A stretch of DNA of 64,000 nucleotides from Arenicellales bacterium (GTDB lineage Bacteria; Pseudomonadota; Gammaproteobacteria; Arenicellales; JAHEKD01), in NCBI GenBank assembly GCA_965204695.1, contig OZ242007.1, positions 387,859 through 451,858 of the forward strand, written 5' to 3'. Made by a program: the position numbers and the translations under genes. The notes below the pieces were generated by a model. That model worked only from the letters and a program-made list of their open reading frames with translations, was not told the origin of the DNA and did not search any database. Of this stretch, positions 37,824-48,075 are shown one piece after another (position 1 is the first letter of the stretch; every line of letters starts with the position of its first letter).

Positions 37824-38501
37824 CAATCACGGTTTAAAACCGTTTCTAGGTAATTGTGTACCTTTACGAGCAAATCCACACCCAAACCTTGCGATTATAC
37901 CGATCAGAAAAATTAACCCAACTATTCATGATCAAAAAGCAAAAGTTGCAAAGTGGGAATAATAACCGGTGAGACGATAATTATTATCTCTAATTGAAAT
38001 ACGCGTTACCCCCATTTTCACCTGGCGTTTTTTGTTTAAATAATAATGTATTGGTGCCTGCCCTGAGCAACTCCGGATCAACTTGAAGTGCCAAAACTCA
38101 AGTTAACGGCATCGGGGTTTTCAGAAAAGGTAGATAATTGAACTGCCTTCCAACATCCTCAAGTCCGTTGGCACAGAACTGCCGCTGCCCCGTTTTCCAT
38201 GCAAGTTCTCATTAGCGCTGGTGCCACACACAGAATAATTCCTGTATTCAAACGCATAGGAATTATCAAGGAAAAACACCCGCCTGACTAGGTCAGTCTC
38301 ATTGTTCCTTAACGAACCACAACCTTCTGAACGCATGACCCCTAACTATTGATGGTGTTTCGATCCGTCTGTGTCAGCTCACTATCAACAATAGCCAAAT
38401 TCTGTGCATATAGTGAGCTTGATATAAGGCACACTAGAAAAAAGTAACACATATACCCACAGGTTCAGCAAAATTACTCTAGTGTATATGTGGATTAATG
38501 T

Positions 38502-39167
38502 TTATATGTAAAGACTCGACGAGGGGACTATTGTAGAATTTTTGGCCGTTTCCTTATCCAATCTAAAAGATAAATCAGCATCTGTTTCATCCAAAAACCA
38601 ATCGGGGTCCATTCCAACAGTTTCAGCTAATTGTTTTCTAATCTCCAGAATATGTTGAGTACGTTGTTGCTCATACTCGTTCTCACTTAATTCAGGTAAA
38701 CGCTCGTATTCAGGGTTGAGTTTCAGCATAAAAAGAACCTCAACTTCTTCTTGATCTTCAAATGCTTTCATTACATAGTCATAACCCCTGCGTTTTCGAT
38801 AGACATCCTGGCCTGCTTGTGTGGTGTAGGGTAATTCCTGTTGCATTAGCAATCTCTTGGCCGGACGTAACGGCTCTGATTCTGTTGCCCTGGCGTCGCG
38901 CTCACGCTTTAAGAGTTCACGATTGTAGTAATTCATCTCTTCCTGAATCGTATCGAACACTAGAGGGTCGTCTCGCGCTTGAGTAATGAACATAGAAGAT
39001 TCCAGCGGGATCATACAAATTCCTATCACTAAAGTGATACAGACAATAATAATGATTTGCCGAATAATTTGTGTATTATTCACGTTGTTATGTAATGAAA
39101 TAAAAATTAATATGTAAGTGAAAAAGGTAATACAAAATGAAAACAATAATAAAATTTTATACAACAA
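38502..39167 (-). CDS. Hypothetical protein; possible N-terminal membrane anchor(s) and an acidic, charged C-terminal region
   Basis: 221-aa ORF starting at TTG in very AT-rich DNA. An internal ATG (MIPLESS..) is possible. No recognisable motif. Confidence 0.4.
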   Translation of the reverse strand: MLYKILLLFSFCITFFTYILIFISLHNNVNNTQIIRQIIIIVCITLVIGICMIPLESSMFITQARDDPLVFDTIQEEMNYYNRELLKRERDARATESEPLRPAKRLLMQQELPYTTQAGQDVYRKRRGYDYVMKAFEDQEEVEVLFMLKLNPEYERLPELSENEYEQQRTQHILEIRKQLAETVGMDPDWFLDETDADLSFRLDKETAKNSTIVPSSSLYI

Positions 39168-39319
39168 TATTCGTTTTATTTATATCGCTAATCGGCATGT
39201 TGTTTTGTATCGGACTAATTAAAAGAACTGAACCCAGCGGCTCACATAAACCAATAATTGAAATCAGTTCAGTGATTTTAGTCTCATCGCTATTAATATT
39301 AATTTGATATAACCAGTAA

Positions 39320-40312
39320 TCAGGTCATTAACTCTTGCCAACGATGGCAAGCCACATTATGGCCAGCGCCACTATCTTCAAGCTTAGGTTCTTCCAGCCT
39401 GCACTTATCGATTGCAAACCGGCACCGTGTTTGAAATTTGCAACCGGGAGGAGGGTTTGTGGGTGAAGGAATTTCGCCTTCTAATTTTTCAGCTTTACCC
39501 CGTTCATCAGGATCAAGCGATAGTATCGCTGACAATAAAGCCTTTGTATACGGATGTTTGGGCGCTGCGAAAAGTTGTCTGGATGGAGCTGTTTCGATTA
39601 AGCGTCCTAAATACATGACTGCAACATGGTCACAAACATGTGCCACCACACTCAAGTCATGGCTAATAAACATAAAAGTGATACCGGATTCTTTCTGGAT
39701 TGATTTAAGCAGGTTTAAAACATCTGCCTGAATTGAAACATCCAGAGCCGCAACACTTTCATCGGCGACAATAAATTTTGGATCAGAGACTAATGCCCGG
39801 GCAATTGAAATGCGCTGCCGTTGTCCGCCAGAAAAAGCATGGGGAAAACGGCGTAAATGCTCAAGATTTAAACGACATTTAGCCGCAATCTGTCTTACTC
39901 TCTCATCCGTTTCATCCCTGGAAGATGTTAGACCCATCACTTCCAAAGGTTCAGCAATAATGTCCCTGACAGTCATACGGGGACTGAGTGCAGCATAAGG
40001 ATCTTGAAAGATTAACTGAGCACGCTTGCGGTAATCTTTTAGTTCTTGACCGTTGATTGAACCCAGATCATAACTGACTTCTCCATCGTCATAAGATACT
40101 TCACCTCTGGAGATGGGTGCCGCTTTGAGTAATGCTCGGCCCAGAGTGGTTTTTCCTGACCCTGACTCACCAACCAGGCCAAAAAAACTACCCTTCTCTA
40201 TGGTTACGTTGATTCCATCAACAGCATGGACATAGGATTTAGGCTTAAGAAAACCTCCACCAATCGGGTAATAGACCGATAAATCATTCGAGCGAATCAA
40301 CACCTCACTCAT
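39320..40312 (-). CDS. Peptide/opine-type ABC transporter ATP-binding protein (OppF/DppF-like)
   Basis: Walker A GESGSGKTT, signature FSGGQRQR, Walker B FIVADE, C-terminal oligopeptide-type extension with CKFQTRC. Confidence 0.9.
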   Translation of the reverse strand: MSEVLIRSNDLSVYYPIGGGFLKPKSYVHAVDGINVTIEKGSFFGLVGESGSGKTTLGRALLKAAPISRGEVSYDDGEVSYDLGSINGQELKDYRKRAQLIFQDPYAALSPRMTVRDIIAEPLEVMGLTSSRDETDERVRQIAAKCRLNLEHLRRFPHAFSGGQRQRISIARALVSDPKFIVADESVAALDVSIQADVLNLLKSIQKESGITFMFISHDLSVVAHVCDHVAVMYLGRLIETAPSRQLFAAPKHPYTKALLSAILSLDPDERGKAEKLEGEIPSPTNPPPGCKFQTRCRFAIDKCRLEEPKLEDSGAGHNVACHRWQELMT

Positions 40313-41315
40313 TGACAGCAGCCATCCTCTCTTCCATTAAATGACATGAAACATTATGTCCCGGAGCGACATTAAAATTATGCGGTATCTCAGTTTCACA
40401 ACGTTGACCTAAAGACAATGAACAACGAGTATTGAACACACACCCCGTTGGTCTTTCAAGTGGTGATGGAATATCTCCTGGAACCGGTGTTAGTGGTGAA
40501 TCCAGGTCCTCAAGGTTAGGTAATGCATTAATCAGACCTTGCGTATAAGGATGAGCTGGTTCCTGAATCACTTGATGAACCGTGCCCGTCTCCACTAGAT
40601 TGCCAAGATACATGACTGCCACACGATCAGCCGTTTGAGCTATTACACCAAGATCGTGAGTAATAAATATAATCGCCATGTGAAACTCATCCACCAGCTC
40701 TTTCATCAACTCAATCACTTGAGCTTGAATGGTTACATCTAAAGCAGTAGTCGGCTCATCGGCGATAAGTAATTTTGGTTTGGTAGATAAGGCCATGGCA
40801 ATCATCGCCCGCTGACGCATGCCACCAGAAAATTCGAATGCATATTGATCAAACCGTTTTGCCGCTTCTGGAATTCCGACGCGTTCCAACATTTCAATCG
40901 AAATTTCTTTGGCCTTTTCATCAGACATAGTCGAATGAATCTTCAATTGCTCTACCATTTGATCGCCAATAGTAATGGCAGGTGCGAAGCTGGCCATAGG
41001 CTCCTGGAAGATCATAGAAATGGCACCGCCACGAATAATCATTTGATCTTGAGGCTTTTTCAAAGACAAGATATCTATAGTGCCATCATGCGTATTAAGC
41101 TTCATTGAACTCTTTGGATCGTAAACTGTATTGTCAGCATTCAGGAGCATTAATGATTTGGCGGTGACTGACTTTCCTGAACCACTTTCGCCAACCAAGC
41201 CCAGGATTTCACCTGGTTTCACATCAAACGTAACGCCATCCACTGCTGTGATTAACCCCTCGTCAGTTTTAAAGCGAACAGTTAAATCCTTAACTGAAAT
41301 AAGCGTTTCTATCAT
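40305..41315 (-). CDS. Peptide/opine-type ABC transporter ATP-binding protein (OppD/DppD-like)
   Basis: Walker A GESGSGKS, signature FSGGMRQR, Walker B LLIADEPTTALD. Confidence 0.9.
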   Translation of the reverse strand: MIETLISVKDLTVRFKTDEGLITAVDGVTFDVKPGEILGLVGESGSGKSVTAKSLMLLNADNTVYDPKSSMKLNTHDGTIDILSLKKPQDQMIIRGGAISMIFQEPMASFAPAITIGDQMVEQLKIHSTMSDEKAKEISIEMLERVGIPEAAKRFDQYAFEFSGGMRQRAMIAMALSTKPKLLIADEPTTALDVTIQAQVIELMKELVDEFHMAIIFITHDLGVIAQTADRVAVMYLGNLVETGTVHQVIQEPAHPYTQGLINALPNLEDLDSPLTPVPGDIPSPLERPTGCVFNTRCSLSLGQRCETEIPHNFNVAPGHNVSCHLMEERMAAVNE

Positions 41316-42454
41316 TTGTGGCCACCATAAGGATCAGCGGCATCTCTGAGGCCATCACCCACAAACACAAAGGCGAGCACCAGCGTAATAAAAAAGATGA
41401 CTGGAATGAAATACCATTGATAATTTAATAGCACATCCGCGCTGGTAACATTTTGCAGCATGACACCAAGTGAGTTAACAGGATCTTTAAGACCTAATCC
41501 GATAAAAGACAAAGCAGTCTCTGATAACACCATGTAAGGAAATGAAATTACCAGGTCGACAATAATGTAAGAGGTAAAAGACGGTAGCAGATGTTTCCTA
41601 ATAACATGCGACGGGGTTGCACCTGAAAGCTGTGCAGCCAAGACATAGTCCTGATTGCGTTCAACTAATAAGTGCGTACGAACACGTCTAGCCAATGTCG
41701 GCCAACCTATCAGCCCCAATATTATCGATATAAAGAAAAACCGCATTTCCGCCGACCAGGTGTCCGGCACAAAGGCCGCCAGTGCCATAAAAAGCGGAAT
41801 ACTCGGCACTGTCCGCACTGCATCGGTAATCATTTGCATGACACCATCAAACACCCCACCAAAGTATCCTGAAACACCACCAATTATTAGCGCTAGGACA
41901 AAACTAATAAATACACCTAATGTTCCAACTGCAAGTGAAGTATTGATTGCATGTAGCGTGCGTGAAAATATGTCTTTTCCAGTTGCATCAGTCCCAAATA
42001 TATGAATTCCACCTTCATCAGCACCAAATAGATGAGTATTGAACTTCATCCCAAACATTTTATATTCCCAGCCCTCAACAAATAGCTGAACATGCCGACG
42101 TTTTTCCCTATTCTCAGTTGTTACCCATCGGAAATTAGTTTCAATTGAGCGTGTACGTTCCAATGTATATAAAAATGGCCGCATCGAACATCCATTTTCA
42201 TCACAGAATTTTGGAACCTGTGGCGCACCATTTTGATAATCAGCATCACGACCAGCTATGGTTGGGTCATAAGGCGATAAAAACGGTGCAAACAAACCAA
42301 GTAAAACCAGAAACATCAACACGTAAGCGGCAAACATTGCGGTTCTATTACTTTTGAAACGAGTCCAAATTAGTTGCGATTGAGATGCAGTGAAATAAGC
42401 TTCTTTGGATTTTTGATCAACCACTTCATCTTTGTTTTTCTTCCAAAAAGCCAT
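41312..42454 (-). CDS. ABC transporter permease (OppC/DppC-like, long N-terminal loop)
   Basis: 380 aa. BPD-type permease core with the EAA-like segment. 4-nt overlaps with its neighbours. Confidence 0.85.
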   Translation of the reverse strand: MAFWKKNKDEVVDQKSKEAYFTASQSQLIWTRFKSNRTAMFAAYVLMFLVLLGLFAPFLSPYDPTIAGRDADYQNGAPQVPKFCDENGCSMRPFLYTLERTRSIETNFRWVTTENREKRRHVQLFVEGWEYKMFGMKFNTHLFGADEGGIHIFGTDATGKDIFSRTLHAINTSLAVGTLGVFISFVLALIIGGVSGYFGGVFDGVMQMITDAVRTVPSIPLFMALAAFVPDTWSAEMRFFFISIILGLIGWPTLARRVRTHLLVERNQDYVLAAQLSGATPSHVIRKHLLPSFTSYIIVDLVISFPYMVLSETALSFIGLGLKDPVNSLGVMLQNVTSADVLLNYQWYFIPVIFFITLVLAFVFVGDGLRDAADPYGGHK

Positions 42455-42456
42455 GC

Positions 42457-43467
42457 CTAGCCTCCCATCACTGACTTTCGAACTCGTGGGTCAATAATTG
42501 CCAAAGCAATATCCGTAACAAAATTCAAGGTCACGATCGAAGCTGTCAATAAGAATATGATCGCTCCGGCAAGTTGCTGATCATTCGATCTAGCCAAAGA
42601 TTCCAATAACAGTGCACCGGCTTCGGTTAATGTCAAAATAACTGCAACAATCGGCAATTCATTGAAAACTCGATTTAAGTCAAAGCCTAAGGAATTAATG
42701 ATTGGACCAAGAGCATGACGGGCCGGATAACGCCAAAGCAACTTACGCCCATATAAGCCACGAGCCTTGGCAGCCGTAATATATAGTTTCCCGGTCTCGT
42801 CCAGCATTAAGGCTCGAACTGTTTGAAGCGCAAAAGCTGTGGCTGACCAGCCAAGAATAAACACCGGTAACCAGGCATGCGATAAAAAGTCCTTTACTCT
42901 ATCGAACGACCATTCCGCATCACGATACTCTTTGGAAAACAACCCTGTCATTGAATCGCCAAACATCACCGTTGAAAACAACATTATCATTAGCGCTAAA
43001 AGAAAGTTTGGCATAGCCAAACCAAGATAAGAAACAAATCTTAATGTACCGTTGAGCCAGGCACTTTTTGAGGCTGCAGCAATTATTCCAACGGGTATTG
43101 CTATCAAATAGGCAAATAACAAAGACGTCAAACATATCCCCAAACTCAGCAGAAATTTATCACCCAACAGTTGGTTAATGTTTAATCTTAGGATACAACT
43201 ATCGCCAAAATCTCCTTTAAAGAATACGTTCCCCACCCAACTGCCCCAACGAACCAGAAACGGCCTATCGAGGCCCAAACGTTTTTCCTCGGCTTCAATG
43301 TCAGCAACAGTGATTTGGGAACCTTGAGTGTTTTTAAAAGCGAGGTAACGTTCAGCACAGTTTCCCGGCACCATCTCCATTAAGCTGAAGACGATTAACG
43401 AGACCATTAATAAGGTAATAATTGCCATCCCCGCACGGGTTAAAGCAAATTGTATGAATTGCGCCAT
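42457..43467 (-). CDS. ABC transporter permease (OppB/DppB-like)
   Basis: 336 aa. N-terminal RAGMAIITLLMVSLIVFSLMEMVPG is typical of DppB/OppB. Confidence 0.85.
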   Translation of the reverse strand: MAQFIQFALTRAGMAIITLLMVSLIVFSLMEMVPGNCAERYLAFKNTQGSQITVADIEAEEKRLGLDRPFLVRWGSWVGNVFFKGDFGDSCILRLNINQLLGDKFLLSLGICLTSLLFAYLIAIPVGIIAAASKSAWLNGTLRFVSYLGLAMPNFLLALMIMLFSTVMFGDSMTGLFSKEYRDAEWSFDRVKDFLSHAWLPVFILGWSATAFALQTVRALMLDETGKLYITAAKARGLYGRKLLWRYPARHALGPIINSLGFDLNRVFNELPIVAVILTLTEAGALLLESLARSNDQQLAGAIIFLLTASIVTLNFVTDIALAIIDPRVRKSVMGG

Positions 43468-43546
43468 ACCCTCTCTTTAATTTAACCTTATATTTATTCC
43501 CCTGAAAAAAATGCAGGGCCACTAAGGCCCTGCGTTATTTAATCAA

Positions 43547-45595
43547 CTACTCATCCAAATACCATTGGAACGCCCGATATGGATAGGTTCGATAATATTC
43601 ATATGAAGCAGTATTAAATTCAGTGAAATTTTTCAATGCATTTCGATGATAAATAGGCGATGGTGCTAACACTGTACCAATGAACAGTAAGTTTTCCACC
43701 ATGTTTTCTACCAGCCGTTGACCAGCTTCTTCAAATTCCGGAGTTCCGGCAACAGCTGATTGAAAAGCATCTATGTCTTTCATCATTTCTTTAACGTATT
43801 CAGGCGGCTCAACACCACTTGCACCATCTGAATCCACCCATTCAGCCCAAAGCATACCTGTACGATGCTCGAAATAAGTCTGGAATGGTGGTACAAAGTT
43901 AGCATTATTACCTAACGTTACCGCTAGTGACATGCCTCTGAACCACAAGCCAACGTCCAACTGGTTTGATGATTGAGCAGAACGATATTCATCTGGAGTA
44001 ACCTCTTTGACTGTGGTTTGTACACCAACATCAGCCCAATGCTGACCGATCAATTCGACTGTTTTGCCATCAATACCTTGAACGGCGAATTGCATATTCA
44101 AAACAATCTTGTCGCCATTTGGTAGTTCACGGAAACCATCACCATCACTATCAACCATACCAATTTCATCTAATAAACTCTTAGCCAACTCAGGATCATA
44201 TTGAGCGTAATGCTGTTCCCATTTCTCATCAATAAAATCAGGACGCGGTGAAAATGCTATTGATTGACTAGGCGTACCTTGTCCAAAAAACGCAACTTCG
44301 TTAATTTCATCGCGATTGATGGCAACTGACATGGCTTGTCTAAACTTCAAATCTCCAAAAACTTTACGTTTTTCCAGGTCTTCAGAAGTGACGTTAAATG
44401 ACACCGCTGGCATCGCAATAACAGGCTTTAACTGAATCGTGTAATCGCTTTTTTCCTGGTTTTCCAGAAGGATAGGTGATGTAGACAACTGCAATGATTG
44501 TGATTTGTAATCAACCTCACCATTGACTAGTTTCAGAATTCTTACTTCATCATCATTGATGTACACTTCATCCTGTTCACTAATGTAAGGTAATTGGTTA
44601 CCAGCTGTATCGACCATATGAAAATATGGATTCGCGACTAGATGTCGGCCTTCAGTTGTATCTTTTGTATAGATATGACTTTCTAATGTAGGCACCACAT
44701 CAGCAGGAAGACTAGCGACCTTATCAGGTTTGCTCAATAATGGTGAAGGTGTATCAGTCCAGTCAGAATTACCAAAGTATGCAGCGACAACTTCCAAACC
44801 GGTCTCAAATCCTGCCTCCTGGGCAAGCGCATCAGCATCTGGGTTAATGTCTGGATGATATTGACCGAGGAAATGCTTAGGCTGAAAACCTTGTGCAAAC
44901 GATGTGGCAAAGTGTGCCAATAAACCAGGTTTAGGCGAAGGAAGATTAAATACAACTGTTTGTGGATCAACCACATCGACAGTCATTCTTTCACCGGCAA
45001 CCAACACATAATCTTTGGCTTTTTCGATAACTTTAGAATCTAAAGCCAGGTTGTCGTACCAGAACTTTACGTCTTCAGCAGTAAATGGCGCACCATCGGA
45101 CCACTTGTGTCCTTTTCTTAAGAAAAACGTCAGTTTTGTATAGTCATCATTCCATTCCCAATCTTTGGCAACATTAGGAACAATGGTCTGCAAGTCATCA
45201 GAATAACGAACCAGGTTAACGTGACGCACAGACAAAAAGTCAGATGTTCCAGCTTCAGTTGCATTAGAAAGTACATCTAATGTGCCACCGTATGTACCAA
45301 TTGAGTCATAAGGCGCGATCACCAACGGCTCTTCAGGCAAACGTTCCGCCAACGGTGGCAACTCAGGATTACCGCGAATCTTTGAATTAAGATCAGCAAT
45401 ATCCGGATTTTCTTTAAAGGTTAACTCACAACCTGCGAGTTCCTGGAATTCTGACAATTCAAATTGTTGTGGATACTTCCCTACCAAATCCGGATTGCCA
45501 GCTACCGTGGCAGGCGGGCAATCGGCAAATGAATAGGATTGAAATAACAAAAAACTAGCTGCGACTAGAATTTTGCCAAAGTGTCTTACAAGCAT
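43547..45595 (-). CDS. Family-5 (peptide/nickel/opine) ABC substrate-binding protein, unusually long
   Basis: Start moved to MLVRHFGK (ATG 45595, GAGGAG SD). Signal peptide. 682 aa, against roughly 520-540 aa for typical DppA/OppA. Confidence 0.8.
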   Translation of the reverse strand: MLVRHFGKILVAASFLLFQSYSFADCPPATVAGNPDLVGKYPQQFELSEFQELAGCELTFKENPDIADLNSKIRGNPELPPLAERLPEEPLVIAPYDSIGTYGGTLDVLSNATEAGTSDFLSVRHVNLVRYSDDLQTIVPNVAKDWEWNDDYTKLTFFLRKGHKWSDGAPFTAEDVKFWYDNLALDSKVIEKAKDYVLVAGERMTVDVVDPQTVVFNLPSPKPGLLAHFATSFAQGFQPKHFLGQYHPDINPDADALAQEAGFETGLEVVAAYFGNSDWTDTPSPLLSKPDKVASLPADVVPTLESHIYTKDTTEGRHLVANPYFHMVDTAGNQLPYISEQDEVYINDDEVRILKLVNGEVDYKSQSLQLSTSPILLENQEKSDYTIQLKPVIAMPAVSFNVTSEDLEKRKVFGDLKFRQAMSVAINRDEINEVAFFGQGTPSQSIAFSPRPDFIDEKWEQHYAQYDPELAKSLLDEIGMVDSDGDGFRELPNGDKIVLNMQFAVQGIDGKTVELIGQHWADVGVQTTVKEVTPDEYRSAQSSNQLDVGLWFRGMSLAVTLGNNANFVPPFQTYFEHRTGMLWAEWVDSDGASGVEPPEYVKEMMKDIDAFQSAVAGTPEFEEAGQRLVENMVENLLFIGTVLAPSPIYHRNALKNFTEFNTASYEYYRTYPYRAFQWYLDE

Positions 45596-45638
45596 GTGTA
45601 CTCCTCTTGTTTGAATGTGTGAATACGAACTATAACTT

Positions 45639-45668
45639 AAAATCATGACATCAAAGTTACATGATTTT
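45639..45668. promoter_or_regulatory. Perfect 9-bp-arm inverted repeat AAAATCATG-N12-CATGATTTT between the enolase-family gene and the transporter operon
   Basis: Read directly. Either an operator or a weak AT-rich terminator. Confidence 0.25.
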
Positions 45669-45766
45669 TAAAATCGCCGGGTAATATTACGTAGATTCTC
45701 AATCTAAAGCAACTTAATTAAAAGTAAATCAAGGAATGCGATATTGCCAATCTAGCCTATCCCAAA

Positions 45767-46873
45767 TTAGAGTTCACTCTTCTGATAGTGTGCCTTTTCT
45801 AACCAGTCTATGTTAATTTCAATACCCCACCCTGGGTTTTCAGGAATTTGTACTTCCCCCCCCGCTGCAATCGGTAAATCTGAGTAAACGCCATATTGCC
45901 AGGGATAATAATCTTCCTCTTCAATTGAAAACTCAACGTAAGGACCGGCATTTTCCAGCGCTCCCATCAAGTGTAAAGTGAAAACCGTAACTAATGACAA
46001 ATTTGCTGCATGTGGTGTACAAATCATTCCTGCATCTTGAGCCATTTTAGCCACTCTCAAAGTACGCTCAACACCCCCCATATAACAGATATCTGGCTGC
46101 GCCACATTCATGATGCGACTATCTATCATGTGTTGCCATAAACTCAAGTTGTTATCTTGCTCGCCTCCGGTCACATCCAGATTGAGTGTATCGGTCACTT
46201 GCTTGGTCCAATTGAGATGCCAATATGGGCAAGGTTCCTCAAAATGATTAATACCATTGTCTTCAAGCATCCTACCTACTTCAATCGCCCGCTTTGGTGA
46301 ATAGCAACTGTTAGCATCGACCAACAAATCTATTTCGTCACCCAGAGCTTTACGAATCGTGGGAACAATTTCTTCAGTACGTCCTGGCCATTCGTCTTGG
46401 TCCCAACCACATTCTGCACCGACTCTAAATTTAAAAGCGTCATAGCCATGTTTATCTTGCAGCCTTAGAAATCGATCAGCCTCATCTTTCGGGGTAATGT
46501 CACGTTTCATACTGGAAGCATAAACTCGTAAGGCTCTGGGAGTACCTCCTAATAATTCACATACCGTTTTATTTAGTAATTTTCCATGTAAATCCCAGAT
46601 CGCTGTATCCAATCCCCCCAAAGCTCTGCACATATATGAACCCGGATATTTATGCTCTTTAGCATAAATACGATCAAGCAGATTCCCAAGCTTAGATAAA
46701 TCAGAAATATCTTCGCCTAAAGCATGTATTGCGACTTGGCGATGCAGAACTAGAGAGGAAATATCAGAATGATAAGTCGACACTTGTCCCCAGCCTTGCT
46801 GCCCATTATCAGCAGTTAATCGAACTAAACCGACATCTTGGGTACAGAACGTTTCTAACTTTTGGATTTTCAT
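45767..46873 (-). CDS. Enolase-superfamily enzyme (mandelate racemase/muconate-lactonizing family); substrate unknown
   Basis: 368 aa. Metal ligands in LLVDANSCY, HFEEPC, TGGEQD. FKFRVG (K-x-R) and a QPD..TPH dyad. Confidence 0.8.
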   Translation of the reverse strand: MKIQKLETFCTQDVGLVRLTADNGQQGWGQVSTYHSDISSLVLHRQVAIHALGEDISDLSKLGNLLDRIYAKEHKYPGSYMCRALGGLDTAIWDLHGKLLNKTVCELLGGTPRALRVYASSMKRDITPKDEADRFLRLQDKHGYDAFKFRVGAECGWDQDEWPGRTEEIVPTIRKALGDEIDLLVDANSCYSPKRAIEVGRMLEDNGINHFEEPCPYWHLNWTKQVTDTLNLDVTGGEQDNNLSLWQHMIDSRIMNVAQPDICYMGGVERTLRVAKMAQDAGMICTPHAANLSLVTVFTLHLMGALENAGPYVEFSIEEEDYYPWQYGVYSDLPIAAGGEVQIPENPGWGIEINIDWLEKAHYQKSEL

Positions 46874-46986
46874 TGATATAACTCAATTTATTCGAAAACA
46901 AAAGTTAGAATAATTTCAGTTCTAGCGCAAGGTTTGTTTGGTGCTATAGTCAAGCTCGACTATTAACACTATCCAAGGAATTACTC

Positions 46987-47988
46987 ATGACGGAGCAAAC
47001 TGAAAAACACGACGTACAAGATGTTTTCATGAATTCTCTGTATTGGTGGGGAGTGCCGACATTGTTCCGCGCCGAGCACAACCCTAATCCTAACGATTGC
47101 GATATTGGTCTGATTGGCGTTCCACACAGTACAGGTAATGGAACTACAGAAAGAGATCAGCATTTAGGCCCCCGGGCTGTTAGAGATGTTTCAGCAATCG
47201 GTCGGCGTGTCCATCTGGATTTTCAGCACGACCCTTGGAATAGTTGCCGTATTAATGATCTAGGTGATGTTCCCCTTCCTCAAGGGAATAATAATGAACA
47301 ATCTATTCAGGATATTACTGATCATTTCAAACTTATCGACCGAGCCAAAACCAGACCTGTTTCGATTGGAGGCGACCATTCCATCACAGGCGGGATTCTT
47401 CAAGCCCTTGGCGGTAAAAATTCAGAACTAACTAACGGTGAAAAAGCTGTTTTGCTACATTTAGATGCGCATACTGATGTATTCTCAAATATGCCCCATT
47501 TTCTTGGTGCCAAAAAATCAGCCGCTCATTGGGGTCATTACTTAGTCAAGCAAGGCCATGTAGATGCTGAGCATAGTGTCCAGATTGGCATTCGTGGCAA
47601 CACACGAACACTCGATTGGCTACAACCTAGTTATGACCTTGGCTATGAAGTGATTACAATGAAACGTTATAACGAAATCGGCAATGACGCCTGTGTTGAT
47701 ATCATTCGTGAACGGTTAGGTAACCGCCCTGTTTATATCACCTTCGACCTGGATTGCCTTGATCCTACTATTGCACCAGCAGTTTCCAACTTGGAACCCG
47801 GTTGTAATGGTTTTACCATTAATCAGGCTATCCAGCTTTTACAAAGTGTTAGAGGATTGAACATTATCGGTGGCGATGTGGTTTGCCTTATGCCAACCAA
47901 AGATCAACCCAATAAAATTACCGCAATGGTTGCCATGTCGGTCATGTTTGAAATGATTTGTTTGATATCAGAGTCGATTAAGAAGTAG
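46987..47988 (+). CDS. Ureohydrolase (agmatinase/guanidino-acid hydrolase family)
   Basis: 333 aa. Mn-site motifs GGDHSITGG, LDAHTD, ITFDLDCLDP. Confidence 0.85.
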   Translation: MTEQTEKHDVQDVFMNSLYWWGVPTLFRAEHNPNPNDCDIGLIGVPHSTGNGTTERDQHLGPRAVRDVSAIGRRVHLDFQHDPWNSCRINDLGDVPLPQGNNNEQSIQDITDHFKLIDRAKTRPVSIGGDHSITGGILQALGGKNSELTNGEKAVLLHLDAHTDVFSNMPHFLGAKKSAAHWGHYLVKQGHVDAEHSVQIGIRGNTRTLDWLQPSYDLGYEVITMKRYNEIGNDACVDIIRERLGNRPVYITFDLDCLDPTIAPAVSNLEPGCNGFTINQAIQLLQSVRGLNIIGGDVVCLMPTKDQPNKITAMVAMSVMFEMICLISESIKK

Positions 47989-48075
47989 AATAAGTAAGAA
48001 CCTTTCCATAATATAAACGAATAAAATACATGATTTTTTTCGTTTAAAGTTAAGAGTTAAAATCTTTAAATACCG

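Noticed and set aside
37765-37962. 65-aa plus-strand ORF
   Set aside because: It reads straight through the strong intrinsic terminator at 37791..37823. It is unlikely to be translated as annotated.
38169-38184. Sigma-54-like TGGCAC-N-TGC element
   Set aside because: The GG-to-GC spacing is one nucleotide short of the consensus, the -12 TTGC is absent, and no downstream plus-strand gene exists.
38121-38336. 71-aa minus-strand ORF (MRSEGCGSLRNNE..), considered as a small secreted peptide or RiPP precursor
   Set aside because: The SD-like AGGGG sits too close to the ATG. There is no signal peptide, no neighbouring maturation genes and no recognisable family. It cannot be supported.
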